Positions 1 to 9,425 of a stretch of DNA of 29,205 nucleotides are shown here, piece by piece. The stretch comes from a virus (taxonomy: Duplodnaviria; Caudoviricetes). Made by a program: the position numbers and the translations under genes. Position 1 is the stretch's first letter; each line of letters opens with the position of its first letter. The notes beneath the pieces are model-generated. The model made no database searches and had not been told where the DNA came from. It saw nothing but the letters and a program-made list of their open reading frames with translations. The stretch lies in IMG/VR virus record IMGVR_UViG_3300033076_000283, positions 1 through 29,205 of that record; one strand, given 5' to 3'.

Positions 1-807
1 TTGCTCTTTTGCTTTGCTCATGTTGAACTCTTGCGTTAGCAATTCATGGGCTTGTTGTTTAGCGGCTAATTGTGTAGCGGCTGGTAAGTTCTTATCTTGT
101 GCAAGTGCCATCCACTTAAATGGATCTTTACCTGCTTGTTCAAAGATTGAATTTGTGTCAGGTACAACTTGTGGAGCAGGTTGAGGAGCGGCTTGTGCAA
201 CTGGTTGCATTTGGCCTGGAGCAACAGGTGCTACTGGAGCGCCACCTTGTACTTTTTGTAGATACGCTTGTGTCTCTTGTGGAAGTTGTCCAACGTTTAA
301 TTGGCCTTGGTTGGCTGCAATGTTTTGTTGAACACGGCCAGGACCAGCATTGTAGGCTGCGATTGCTTTTTGTTCATCGCCACCAAAGTGATTTAACAAT
401 GCTTGATAGTATTCTTGTCCAACACGGTTATATTCTTCTGGAGTTTGTGCTTGTGCTGGGCGTACACCAAAACCTGGTTGAGCAGCCGTTGCGGGCATTA
501 CTTGCGCGGCAAACATCGCACCTTTTGGGCTTGTCACAGGAGCGCCAGCGGCTGTATAATCACGGCCACCGCTTTCTGCTTGCACCATGCGACCAAAAGT
601 ATCTGGACTTACTGGTCCAGCAGTTACTTGTGGGCGGACTGCGCCAGGAATTTCTTCCTTTGTAATCTTTTGTTGTGTGCCATCACCAAAGGTTTTGATT
701 TCTTGTGTGTGGACTGTTGTGTTGGCTAATAACTCTCTGCGCTTACGTTCATCTTCTGTTTCGTAATCGCCAAGGTAAGTGCCAAACTGATCGTATTGTG
801 CTGCCAT
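1..807 (-). CDS. Virion ejection protein with N-proximal lytic transglycosylase (SLT) domain; truncated by window edge
   Basis: Absent from the ORF track; translated by hand from ATG 807: MAAQYDQFG...RMVQAESGG...SPKGAMFAAQVMP...AYNAGPGRV...LPQETQAYLQKV. These match the SLT motifs (catalytic ES, AYNAG, ETxxYxxKV). Follows two other ejection-type genes. Confidence 0.85.
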   Translation of the reverse strand, partial: MAAQYDQFGTYLGDYETEDERKRRELLANTTVHTQEIKTFGDGTQQKITKEEIPGAVRPQVTAGPVSPDTFGRMVQAESGGRDYTAAGAPVTSPKGAMFAAQVMPATAAQPGFGVRPAQAQTPEEYNRVGQEYYQALLNHFGGDEQKAIAAYNAGPGRVQQNIAANQGQLNVGQLPQETQAYLQKVQGGAPVAPVAPGQMQPVAQAAPQPAPQVVPDTNSIFEQAGKDPFKWMALAQDKNLPAATQLAAKQQAHELLTQEFNMSKAKEQ

Positions 808-821
808 GTTTGTATTATTCC

Positions 822-1547
822 TTAGAAACTAATGCCTTTGAAACTAATGCCAGCGTTATAACCTGAAGTATTAGTTCCTTGTGTGCCACGGAAGTCAGGC
901 GTATAACTTGCGGCTGGTGTTCCAAACAATACACTCGCATATTGATTGTATAATGCTTGTGGAGCCATTGCGGCAGTAACTTGTTGACCAGCGGCACCCA
1001 ATGCCTGACCAAGTTGGCTTGCACCGCCTTGTTGTAATGCCTGATTGGCTGCAAGACGTTGAGCGGCAATGTTACTTGAAACTTGAGCACCCAATTGTTG
1101 TTGTGCGGCAGCAGTTTGGCCAGCAAGTTGGCTTTCAATCATGCGTTGACGATAACTGTCACTAACACCACCAGAGGCTGCTTCACGACGCAATTGTGCC
1201 AAGTTCTGCATATATTGTGCTTGTGCTGGTGCATAAGCGGCTGCAATTTGTTGTTGTTCATATTCAGGCGTGAACATGCGTTCTAAACCAGCAGTACCTG
1301 TGCGAACTGCTGATGCGCCAGTTTCGCCTAATGTTTGTCCTATCTGGCCAGCCTGGGTTGCTTGATTTTGTGCAGCCTTTAGCAAGCCTTGAGCATTATC
1401 ATAGTAAGTGTCTTTAGCACCACCAACCGCTTGCTTATACGCAGGAATGATTGTGCCAGTAAGCATTTCAGTTGTTGCTCTTAACTGTGCTTTTTGTTCT
1501 TCTGTTGTAACTGGGGCTGAAGAGCCAGAACTTTTACCAAAACTCAT
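822..1547 (-). CDS. Putative DNA ejection / internal virion protein
   Basis: 241 aa, Gly/Ser N-terminus (MSFGKSSGSS), Gln/Ala-rich helical body, SD TAAGGA, position typical of podovirus ejection proteins. Confidence 0.6.
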   Translation of the reverse strand: MSFGKSSGSSAPVTTEEQKAQLRATTEMLTGTIIPAYKQAVGGAKDTYYDNAQGLLKAAQNQATQAGQIGQTLGETGASAVRTGTAGLERMFTPEYEQQQIAAAYAPAQAQYMQNLAQLRREAASGGVSDSYRQRMIESQLAGQTAAAQQQLGAQVSSNIAAQRLAANQALQQGGASQLGQALGAAGQQVTAAMAPQALYNQYASVLFGTPAASYTPDFRGTQGTNTSGYNAGISFKGISF

Positions 1548-1566
1548 AATGTTTTCCTTATTGTGA

Positions 1567-1573
1567 TATTTAG
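1567..1573 (-). promoter_or_regulatory. CTAAATA late-type promoter motif
   Basis: GCTAAATA in the intergenic gap, about 20 nt upstream of ATG 1547. Confidence 0.65.
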
Positions 1574-1583
1574 CATGTTCTCA

Positions 1584-3494
1584 TCATGCCCTAGTCGGCG
1601 CAACTGGGCCGCTTACAAATTGTGCCTGATATTCAGGACTGTTGATATAATTCACCAACTGTTGTGGAGTTGCTGTGAAGTCTGCTTGCTGAATACCCCA
1701 TGGTGTTGCTGGCGCACCAGGAATAGTATTTGCAAGTGTTGGGTTAAATGTATGACCTGTTTGTAAAGGATGTGTTCCCCAATAGAATGGGTCCTGAACA
1801 TCGCTTGTTGTATGATAGAAAGGTGTTGTTTCCATGAAGCCTGGATTTAGACCCCAATATGGAATTGCACGTCCTGCAGGAACAGTAGGTGTTGTAGGTG
1901 TTGTTGGAGTCGTAGGTGTTGTTGGAGTAGATGGCTTTGGAGTAACAACTGGGAACACTGGAGTCACAGGTGTTGGAGTCCAACCATCTGGACTGTATGG
2001 GTCAACAACTTCAGTTGGAGGTGTGCCTGTTTCAGTTACGCCACCAGGAACAACTGGAGTTAAGTCACCTGGAGTTACTGTAGGAGTTGTAGTTGTTGGA
2101 CGAGTATCAGTAATTGTTATTTCCGGAATGTCGTCTACTGGAGTTGTTACATTACTTGGTGCTGGAGTAGTTGTTGCTGTGCCATCTGGGTGAATAGTAA
2201 TTGAACTACCATCATCATATGTGTAAGTTGTAGAACCGTTACCCATGTCAATGCCGCCACCAGAGCCGCCACCAGCCGCAGTAACGTGACTTGTGCCTGA
2301 AGCATCTTTTGTAACGCTAGAACCATCTGGATTGCTTGTTACGCTTGTGCCATCAGCATAAGTTGTTGTAACGCTACCATTCCAGTTCATTGTAGTTGAA
2401 CTACCATCAGCATTTAAATTAACTGGAGCAACATAAGAATCTGGAACACCACCAAAGTCTTTTACTGTGCCTGTGCCTGCTGGCTGAACCCATGCATTTG
2501 ATTCTTGGCTGAAGTATGCGCCAGTTGTTGGGTTAACGTAAGTGTCTAATGTGTCATCCCACTTAGCACCATTGCTGTTTTCAACTGAAGCAAGTTCAGT
2601 ACCTTCTGGTAAACTGCCGCTACCTGGGTTTTCAATTGAACGTGGTAGACCAGCAATTTCAGCAGTAGAGCCAGCAGTTGTCATGTTGCCATCAATGGAG
2701 ATTGGCTTGCCACTTTGAATAGCCGCTTCGTAATCACTTAGCAATACTGTCTTGCCTGAATCAAGAACAACTTCATAACCATTTGGACCATTGTAAACTG
2801 TGCCTGGTGCGCTGTCGCTAATACCTGTAGAAACTAAGTCTACTGGAGCAGTAGGAGCAATTGGACCGCCACCATCGTAACCTGTATTAATGATTTCGCC
2901 ACCTGCTGGTCCACCAACTACTTGTGGGTTTACGCCACCAGGACTTAAATCTACTACTGGAGCAGGTTGATATGGACTTGGAGTAGAGCCAACAACGTTA
3001 CCATCAGCACCACGAGTAATTGTAGAACCATCATCAAATGTGTAAGTTGTTTGGCCAGTTTGTGGATTAAAGTATTGTGATGCGGCACCTGTTGCTCCAC
3101 CTAAGAAGCCACCTGTTAATGCACCTTGAGCAATGTCACCACCTGTTAGCAATGCACCTGTAGCACCACCAGCCGCACCGCCTGCGGCGCCTGCTACCAT
3201 ACCACTTGCACCTGCTTCTGCGGCAGCGCCACCAGCAACACCACCAACATAACCAGCGGCTCCGCCTACTAATGCGCCTTCTAAAATGTTACCGCCATTT
3301 TCTGCGGCACTTGCGGCACCACCTAGTGCGCCAGCCCATACTGGAGGCACACCCATAGCCATAGCACCAACGCTAACAATAGCGCCAAGCGGATCATCCA
3401 TTACCGCTTCTACTGTATCGCCTACGAAGTCACCAACGTCTTCAACAACGTCACCTACTGCGTCTAGAACGTCTCCAACAAATCCACCACACAT
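1584..3494 (-). CDS. Putative internal virion / ejection protein, Gly-Ala-rich N-terminus, Thr/Pro-rich C-terminus
   Basis: 636 aa starting MCGG; glycine-zipper-like hydrophobic segment, repeated TTYTxDDGS hairpin motifs, PTT repeats; lies directly after the GNAT gene as in many podoviruses. Confidence 0.55.
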   Translation of the reverse strand: MCGGFVGDVLDAVGDVVEDVGDFVGDTVEAVMDDPLGAIVSVGAMAMGVPPVWAGALGGAASAAENGGNILEGALVGGAAGYVGGVAGGAAAEAGASGMVAGAAGGAAGGATGALLTGGDIAQGALTGGFLGGATGAASQYFNPQTGQTTYTFDDGSTITRGADGNVVGSTPSPYQPAPVVDLSPGGVNPQVVGGPAGGEIINTGYDGGGPIAPTAPVDLVSTGISDSAPGTVYNGPNGYEVVLDSGKTVLLSDYEAAIQSGKPISIDGNMTTAGSTAEIAGLPRSIENPGSGSLPEGTELASVENSNGAKWDDTLDTYVNPTTGAYFSQESNAWVQPAGTGTVKDFGGVPDSYVAPVNLNADGSSTTMNWNGSVTTTYADGTSVTSNPDGSSVTKDASGTSHVTAAGGGSGGGIDMGNGSTTYTYDDGSSITIHPDGTATTTPAPSNVTTPVDDIPEITITDTRPTTTTPTVTPGDLTPVVPGGVTETGTPPTEVVDPYSPDGWTPTPVTPVFPVVTPKPSTPTTPTTPTTPTTPTVPAGRAIPYWGLNPGFMETTPFYHTTSDVQDPFYWGTHPLQTGHTFNPTLANTIPGAPATPWGIQQADFTATPQQLVNYINSPEYQAQFVSGPVAPTRA

Positions 3495-3495
3495 A

Positions 3496-3939
3496 TTATA
3501 GTTCCTTTAAACAATTGAACCCTTGAGTCTTAAATCCCAAACGGTTATAAAATCTTTCAACAACCTTAGGATTGTCCCCTGTTGTTTGTCCCAACCATAA
3601 TTGGCTGGCTTGTTGATCCTTAGCCCACTTTTCTAAGAAAGCGATAAGTTTCGTTGCAATGTCACCTTTGCGATATTCTGGAAGTACAAACAATCCAATA
3701 TCAGTGACACGCACAGTTTCGTTGAATACGCTTTCATGCACAACGCCACAAACGAAGCCCACTAACTTATCATTATGATCAGTATCAATTGCCAGTTCAA
3801 CAAGTGTTCTTGGACTTGTTACTAGCATGTGGACTTTGTGGATAGTAGCACGACCTAACTTTGTATGCGCTAACATCTCATCAGTTAGACCTACTATCTT
3901 TAACACATCTTCTTTCGTGGCAGTTCTATACGTAATCAT
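3496..3939 (-). CDS. GNAT-family acetyltransferase
   Basis: Probable start MITYRTAT (3939); motif A LFVLPEYRKGDIATKLI and C-terminal FYNRLGF. Confidence 0.85.
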   Translation of the reverse strand: MITYRTATKEDVLKIVGLTDEMLAHTKLGRATIHKVHMLVTSPRTLVELAIDTDHNDKLVGFVCGVVHESVFNETVRVTDIGLFVLPEYRKGDIATKLIAFLEKWAKDQQASQLWLGQTTGDNPKVVERFYNRLGFKTQGFNCLKEL

Positions 3940-3944
3940 TGCTC

Positions 3945-3951
3945 TATTTAG
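3945..3951 (-). promoter_or_regulatory. CTAAATA late-type promoter motif (probably leaderless transcript)
   Basis: CTAAATA-GAGCA-ATG; no SD between motif and start. Confidence 0.65.
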
Positions 3952-3952
3952 T

Positions 3953-5416
3953 TTACTGTTTAACCACCTGAGCGGATAATGCGCGGAATCCAAACTGACT
4001 TTGTGTCACAACTGCATCGCCACCTAAGGGTTCAAATCCAATTTCTAGAATGTACCAATAGTAGCCAGGAGCAGGTTGATCAATGATACTTGCAAAAACT
4101 GTATCGTTTTGTGGTAATGCTATGCTTGTGTCATTGCTTACGCCACCTACAGTTAAGAACATATCATTGGTGCCATCAGCACCGCCAATTTGAGAACCTT
4201 TGATTACTAATGTGTCCCCAGCGGCAAAGCCTTCACCAGGACTTGAAATAGTAAGTGTGGTATTGTAGTATGGATTATAAATCTGTGGGCTGACCAATGT
4301 GGCTGTACCAGTAACTGATGTTGCAACTTGAATGTAAGTTGGTGTTGCCGCAGTAATTTTATATGTGCCATTGTAAGGATCAGCACCTGTTAATGTAACG
4401 CTTTGTCCAACTGCAAACGCTGGAGCAGAGTTAGTTACAGTGATTGTTAAGATGCCAGCCGCTTCAGCAACCGCAGTAGGAGTTTTGTAGTTCCATGGTT
4501 CAGTACGATATGGGACTGCTGTTTGTGCTGGACCAAAGTATGGACCGCCTAAACTTAAACCAGTTGTGTCAGTAATAATTGCTGGCTTCAATTCAACATC
4601 CAAAACTAATCCAGTTCCTGAACCTGTAAGCACTTCTGGGACTACGCTGTAGTTTGATTTGTAAGTGTTGCGTGAAATATGATTGTCACCACTTGTAACA
4701 TCCAAACTTAAAACTGTATTCACGATAGGATCTAATGTAGAATACAAATATGTGCGCTGAGCAACAGTTTCATCAAGAATGAAAATAAAGTCTGGGTTTA
4801 CTGGGTCAGTGTTGGTTTCGCCTTTGTAACGGTTAACTGCAACAGTAACATTCATTGAACTTGTTGTGGTTGCTAGATAACTTGTGATTTCGTTTAACTG
4901 TGCTGAAATGAACACACGGTCAGTTGGACTTTGAACTGTAACACGAGCATTACAATCCGTTGAGTTAAATCCACCTGCTGGATTTAGTCCTACTGTGCCG
5001 CCTGAACTTGGAGCAACGATTGTGTAAGAGTTTGATGTTCTAGCAATGACATAAGTTGTTGTGCAACTTACAACACCAATAGGCGCATACACGCCATCAT
5101 AGAAACTGTCAGTAACTCCAATTACTTCAATGTTGTTGCCAAGTGCAAATGGTGGACTTGCTTGTGCGCTGGCAAAGGTGAACTTCCATGTGCGCCCATC
5201 AAGCATTTCACTTGTGCCTAATGGTATAGGAGCAACATACAAGTCTGCTGGTAATGTTTGTGCAAATGGAAGACGAAAGTTGCCAGTTAGGTAACCTGTT
5301 GCTGAACTAGAAAAGCCAGCAAAGTTTTGCCCCAGGCCACTGGGACCAGAAAGCAAATAGTTGATAGCATCGTTGGTGCCTTCTTTGTCTGTATGTTCTA
5401 CAGGATACTTTGCCAT
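3953..5416 (-). CDS. Putative tail/virion structural protein
   Basis: 487 aa, Thr/Gly/Val beta-rich; TAATG coupling with the upstream gene; contains a GxGFAAGDT...GG...ND module also present in the upstream protein. Confidence 0.55.
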   Translation of the reverse strand: MAKYPVEHTDKEGTNDAINYLLSGPSGLGQNFAGFSSSATGYLTGNFRLPFAQTLPADLYVAPIPLGTSEMLDGRTWKFTFASAQASPPFALGNNIEVIGVTDSFYDGVYAPIGVVSCTTTYVIARTSNSYTIVAPSSGGTVGLNPAGGFNSTDCNARVTVQSPTDRVFISAQLNEITSYLATTTSSMNVTVAVNRYKGETNTDPVNPDFIFILDETVAQRTYLYSTLDPIVNTVLSLDVTSGDNHISRNTYKSNYSVVPEVLTGSGTGLVLDVELKPAIITDTTGLSLGGPYFGPAQTAVPYRTEPWNYKTPTAVAEAAGILTITVTNSAPAFAVGQSVTLTGADPYNGTYKITAATPTYIQVATSVTGTATLVSPQIYNPYYNTTLTISSPGEGFAAGDTLVIKGSQIGGADGTNDMFLTVGGVSNDTSIALPQNDTVFASIIDQPAPGYYWYILEIGFEPLGGDAVVTQSQFGFRALSAQVVKQ

Positions 5417-8334
5417 TATCTGTCATCCTCAACTTGTGTGAACTGCCATGTTGTTGCAGAACAAATCCAAATGTTCTTTGTAGCACTATTTCCAATTTCA
5501 ATGCTGTTAACACGGAAAGCATTTTGGTTAATCTGCACCCAAGGATTGTTAGTATCAGTTGCTAGTGTATGAGCAACACTTGCTACTGGATCTTGACCAA
5601 CTGAGTTGGCGCCTTCAATTGTGATATCCACGCTACCAATATTTTCTGGACTAGTAGCAGGCATAATTGGTACACCAACTTTGCTCAAGTTATTAATCTC
5701 AGGTAGGATACGGTGCACCATTAACTTGCCACTGTAGTCTTCAATCATCTTAATGTTATCACGACGGAAGTAACTGCGGATTGGGTATTCACGTAATTGT
5801 GGGCCTAAGAAGTTGTAGCCATCATCTTGCTGAACAAGTGTTCTATTGGTTAAACCACGTGCATATACTACATTACGGTCACCAGCATTATATCTCCAGG
5901 TATCTAAAGGAGTGCCAGTTACAGTAAATGTAGAAATCTTACCACCAGTATCAACTGCTGTTACAGTTACGGTTGCATCATTAGTTGGCGTTGTGCCACC
6001 AAGCAAGTCACCAGTAATTTTAATTGTGTCGCCTACAGCATAACCCGTTCCACGGACGTTGTTTGTTGGGTAGCCTTGATATGCTTCGTTTGTGCGTAGA
6101 ATGTTGTAATGTGCGCCACTACCACTTGAACTAATGTTTGTTCCAGTTAGGTTGTAATACCATTCCAGACTGTTCCACGCTGGGCTTTCAGTTGCCATTG
6201 TTGCACTTTGAACTTCACGTGGTGCGTTGAAGCAATCCAAATCATAACGATATGAAAGCATCATGTTAGGAACACCATCACTTACAAACTTGAAGTTCAA
6301 GCCTGTTACTGTTCCAACTGTAGTTGTTACGCCATTGCCAGTTGGTGTTGTGCTTAATGTGAATTCATCAACGCCGTTAGTGTCCACAACATAATAAGTT
6401 GTTGGATTTGAATAACCGCTAATGCTGCCTGTACCTGACTCTGTTCCACTTAGGACTACACTTAGGCCATTACGCAACACGCCGCTTTCTAACGTGCAGC
6501 CAAATGTACCAGCAGTATCTAACACAGTGATGTCACTAATGATAGGAGGAACTGTTGGGTAGTAAATTTCAACTTGGTTCTTTTGTGTGTTTGTTTGCAT
6601 GAACACACGGTCAACATAGTCTGGATCCAATTGATCATAAAACCAGTTCTTAACACGCTGGTTGCCTAGACCTTGGAAGTCCTGTCCGTTGAATACCCAA
6701 ATGTCACGAGCATCAATACCATACACTAATTTGTCAGTGTTTGCCCAGCAGTTGCTTGAAAGCAATCCACGACCTTGGTTAACAAGACGCACACCAAGAC
6801 TTGGAGTGTTTGTTGTTGCATAGTTCATTGGACTTAACACAACGGTATCCCAATATGAACATACGAACATTTGGCCGTTACTTGGGAACGCATCAACTGC
6901 GCCAGCACGTAATGGAGTGTTCACTGTGTTGGCAACGTTTGTTACAGTTGGTTGCCATGTTGTTGGCGCTTGATTCAAACCAAATTCTTGTGACCAACGA
7001 ATTGATGTTGAACTTTCTTTGATTGTGCCATCTAATTGAACTGCTGTTAATCCACCTGCTACCAATACGCAACCAACGTTAGGAGTGTTGTAGATACGCA
7101 TGAACTTGGCCACAACTGATTTGTAGAATGGGTTATCATTCCATGAGTACAATGGAGCCACACTACCGCCACCAGGATAGGCTGCACCAGGAACTGCATA
7201 GTAATCAATTGTGCTTGTTGTTGAACTTACAACAGTGAACGTGCCATTGTAGTAATTGTCTACGTCACTGATAACAATCTTATCGCCTGCTTGGTATGGC
7301 GCTGTTTCATAAGGTGTGCTCAATGTGATTTGTTGAACTGCTGGACTAACATAAGCAATGTTATCAATGCTGCCTGGGATAACGTTACTGTACATTATCA
7401 TCTGTGGATATGGGTCACTAACTGCACCAGAAACAATTTGTGTGCCAGTTGTGGTCAATGAGAATGACACATCACTTAATGAAACGTCAGTAACAGTATG
7501 AAGTCCACGGTATGATGTTGGAACAATTTGCTCAACAAGAATCTCTTGACCAATAGCGAATGGTGAGTATGCAAATGACAATCCATCAACTGAACCCGCA
7601 GTTGTTACAACACCAGAGCCGCCTAATGTTGTGCTTAGTGTAAATGAATCAAAACCGTTAGTGCTTACAATGTAATATGTTGTTGGGTTACTGTAACCTG
7701 TAATAGTGCCTGTGCCAGTTAGTGTGCCAGAGACATAAACCTTTTGATTTAACTTCAGTGGTTGGTTGCCAGTGTAATTGAATTGGCCAGCAGTTCCAAC
7801 AATGCTTGCACCTGTAATAGAACTTGTATATGTTGGGAAAGTAATTGTGCTGACACCAGCACTTGAACTTGCGCCTGTGGTTGCTAAACTTACGCCTTCA
7901 AACGCTGGCCAAAACATTGGAGGGTTGGCTTCGTCATTGAAGAAAGGAATAGTGCCGTTCCACGCTTCTGTAATGTTGGTTGCTTGGTTGTATGTTGTAA
8001 ATGGGCCAGCGCCAGGAGTAATATCTTGCCATGCACCTAAACCATTGCTGGCATACCAGTAGCCTTCATCAGTTGCAACAATAAAGTAAAAGTCATTGTC
8101 CTTGCCTTCTTGTGGAGGACGGAAGCCACCAGTAACGAATGTTGGTGTGCCAGGAACGTCAGGTAGGATGGTCTCGTCACCTGCAACAGAGCGGATACCT
8201 CTAACGTCTGTTTCAACGTTTAAACCTGCGTTGTATTCATTTGGGCCCAATGCTGAACTAGGGACGTCTGGGCTGAACGTCATCTTTGTAAACGGGATTC
8301 TTACCTCGTCGTAAGCCTTTTTGGTTTGTGCCAT
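5416..8334 (-). CDS. Putative tail nozzle / stabilisation protein (P22 gp10- or T7 gp12-like position) with inserted beta modules
   Basis: Likely start MAQTKK (8334) after SD TAAGGA; propeller-like segments (IRWSQ, IWVFNGQDFQGLGNQRVKNWF, MLSYRYDLD); position before GNAT and ejection genes. Confidence 0.6.
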   Translation of the reverse strand: MAQTKKAYDEVRIPFTKMTFSPDVPSSALGPNEYNAGLNVETDVRGIRSVAGDETILPDVPGTPTFVTGGFRPPQEGKDNDFYFIVATDEGYWYASNGLGAWQDITPGAGPFTTYNQATNITEAWNGTIPFFNDEANPPMFWPAFEGVSLATTGASSSAGVSTITFPTYTSSITGASIVGTAGQFNYTGNQPLKLNQKVYVSGTLTGTGTITGYSNPTTYYIVSTNGFDSFTLSTTLGGSGVVTTAGSVDGLSFAYSPFAIGQEILVEQIVPTSYRGLHTVTDVSLSDVSFSLTTTGTQIVSGAVSDPYPQMIMYSNVIPGSIDNIAYVSPAVQQITLSTPYETAPYQAGDKIVISDVDNYYNGTFTVVSSTTSTIDYYAVPGAAYPGGGSVAPLYSWNDNPFYKSVVAKFMRIYNTPNVGCVLVAGGLTAVQLDGTIKESSTSIRWSQEFGLNQAPTTWQPTVTNVANTVNTPLRAGAVDAFPSNGQMFVCSYWDTVVLSPMNYATTNTPSLGVRLVNQGRGLLSSNCWANTDKLVYGIDARDIWVFNGQDFQGLGNQRVKNWFYDQLDPDYVDRVFMQTNTQKNQVEIYYPTVPPIISDITVLDTAGTFGCTLESGVLRNGLSVVLSGTESGTGSISGYSNPTTYYVVDTNGVDEFTLSTTPTGNGVTTTVGTVTGLNFKFVSDGVPNMMLSYRYDLDCFNAPREVQSATMATESPAWNSLEWYYNLTGTNISSSGSGAHYNILRTNEAYQGYPTNNVRGTGYAVGDTIKITGDLLGGTTPTNDATVTVTAVDTGGKISTFTVTGTPLDTWRYNAGDRNVVYARGLTNRTLVQQDDGYNFLGPQLREYPIRSYFRRDNIKMIEDYSGKLMVHRILPEINNLSKVGVPIMPATSPENIGSVDITIEGANSVGQDPVASVAHTLATDTNNPWVQINQNAFRVNSIEIGNSATKNIWICSATTWQFTQVEDDR

Positions 8335-8363
8335 AGGGATATGGTTCCTTAGTAATATAGGAA

Positions 8364-8370
8364 TATTTAG
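8364..8370 (-). promoter_or_regulatory. CTAAATA late-type promoter motif
   Basis: GCTAAATA between a terminator and the SD of the nozzle-like gene. Confidence 0.7.
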
Positions 8371-8395
8371 CGTTGGCTTGCTGTCCATTGCGGAC

Positions 8396-8432
8396 AAAGA
8401 AAAACCCAGGGTCCTTCACAGGATGCTGGGTT
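8396..8432 (-). terminator. Intrinsic terminator closing the early island
   Basis: Minus strand AACCCAGCATCCT-GTGA-AGGACCCTGGGTT followed by TTTCTTT. Confidence 0.7.
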
Positions 8433-8535
8433 CTAAGCGTTGTTAAAGTATAAAGATGATAACTCACTCTTGTGAAATTATCGCCTATGCTAGATTAAAT
8501 CCGTAAGCAACTCATGCTGCCTACACGTTTACTTA

Positions 8536-8820
8536 TTAGTCTAATGTGGGTTCAATCTTCGTTTCAGTGTTGTTTGGTTGTTTTGCTTTGCCATGCATTG
8601 CTTCATAAACAACTTTTGATTCTGCTGTTAGTCCAACCTGTGCATACTTGTGTCCACTCCAGAAAAACAATGCACCCAGAATGAATACTAGAATTGTGTA
8701 CCAGGTGTAGAATCCAAAGTATGCCGCGGCGCCCATAATGAGCATCAGTGCAAGTCCAAGATTAGCAGACTCTAAACCTGTTTTAACAATGCTTTCGCTT
8801 GTGACTGTAATGTTGCTCAT
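8536..8820 (-). CDS. Small membrane protein (about 2 TM segments)
   Basis: Start MSNITV after SD AAGGA; hydrophobic LGLALMLIMGAAAYFGF and TILVFILGALFFW. Confidence 0.65.
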   Translation of the reverse strand: MSNITVTSESIVKTGLESANLGLALMLIMGAAAYFGFYTWYTILVFILGALFFWSGHKYAQVGLTAESKVVYEAMHGKAKQPNNTETKIEPTLD

Positions 8821-8843
8821 TTTTGATTCCTTTTCAAGTTGGA

Positions 8844-9206
8844 TTAACGTGAAGTGCAAATTGTTTGAAACTTAACTGCAAGCGTTTCTGGGACTGGATT
8901 GTACCATTGTTGGTACCAATTTTCATTTGTATCTTGAATCAAAATGTTGTCATAATAAACTACTTCGCGAATGATACGAACTAGTCTAGAATCACAATGC
9001 ACTTGAACAAGTGTTTTAGTTTCCGTGGTGTTTTGCTTGTTTTTAAAAGTGAACCAACTTAAAGCGGTACGACCATTGTTATAACCATAAGTTGTTGCTC
9101 CTTCACGATACATCAAATCATTCGTGCCTTCAGCAACATAGCGCATTTGTGCGAATGTACCAACGGATGCTACTGCAAGAATTAATGCGGTTAGAATCTT
9201 TTTCAT
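8844..9206 (-). CDS. Secreted/periplasmic protein, possibly surface-adhesin-E-like
   Basis: Signal peptide MKKILTALILAVASVGTFA; VHC...WxxxxPET...IC pattern recalls the Adhesin_E family (from memory). Confidence 0.55.
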   Translation of the reverse strand: MKKILTALILAVASVGTFAQMRYVAEGTNDLMYREGATTYGYNNGRTALSWFTFKNKQNTTETKTLVQVHCDSRLVRIIREVVYYDNILIQDTNENWYQQWYNPVPETLAVKFQTICTSR

Positions 9207-9215
9207 TTTGAGTCC

Positions 9216-9320
9216 TTACTTGCCAAGCCAAAAAGCAAACTTTACAAAATAAATGCCAACAACTGCGGCAAGACCTAGTATTGCGATTGCTGTTGCGATA
9301 CCTGCTAATAGTGCTAACAT
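9216..9320 (-). CDS. 34-aa single-TM peptide
   Basis: SD AGGAG then MLALLAGIATAIAILGLAAVVGIYFVKFAFWLGK; first gene after a sigma70 promoter. Confidence 0.65.
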   Translation of the reverse strand: MLALLAGIATAIAILGLAAVVGIYFVKFAFWLGK

Positions 9321-9353
9321 TGTGTTCTCCTGTTTGTTGCTGTCTATGTGTTT

Positions 9354-9382
9354 ATTATACGATGGTAAACGAAAAAGAGCAA
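9354..9382 (-). promoter_or_regulatory. Sigma70 promoter
   Basis: TTGCTC-17 bp-TATAAT; spacer contains TTTTTCGTTTACC, shared with the promoter at 11835-11863. Confidence 0.8.
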
Positions 9383-9389
9383 CCTGATT

Positions 9390-9411
9390 TTTGTTGTATT
9401 TTTGCAACAAA
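9390..9411. promoter_or_regulatory. Inverted-repeat operator candidate
   Basis: TTTGTTG-N8-CAACAAA just upstream of the -35 element. Confidence 0.5.
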
Positions 9412-9425
9412 GTTAAACTATCGTA

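Noticed and set aside
120-729. Plus-strand ORFs 120-665 and 403-729, and other plus-strand ORFs across the window (e.g. 1834-2193, 15509-16012)
   Set aside because: Antisense shadows of well-supported minus-strand genes, with no recognisable motifs.
8335-8397. Longer ORF-track starts (8397; likewise 3993, 9410, 11887, 12623, 18054, 19788)
   Set aside because: The extensions run through promoters, terminators or neighbouring genes; downstream ATGs have an SD or promoter-consistent spacing.
8433-8530. Self-cleaving ribozyme
   Set aside because: No hammerhead CUGANGA core or other ribozyme consensus found by eye.
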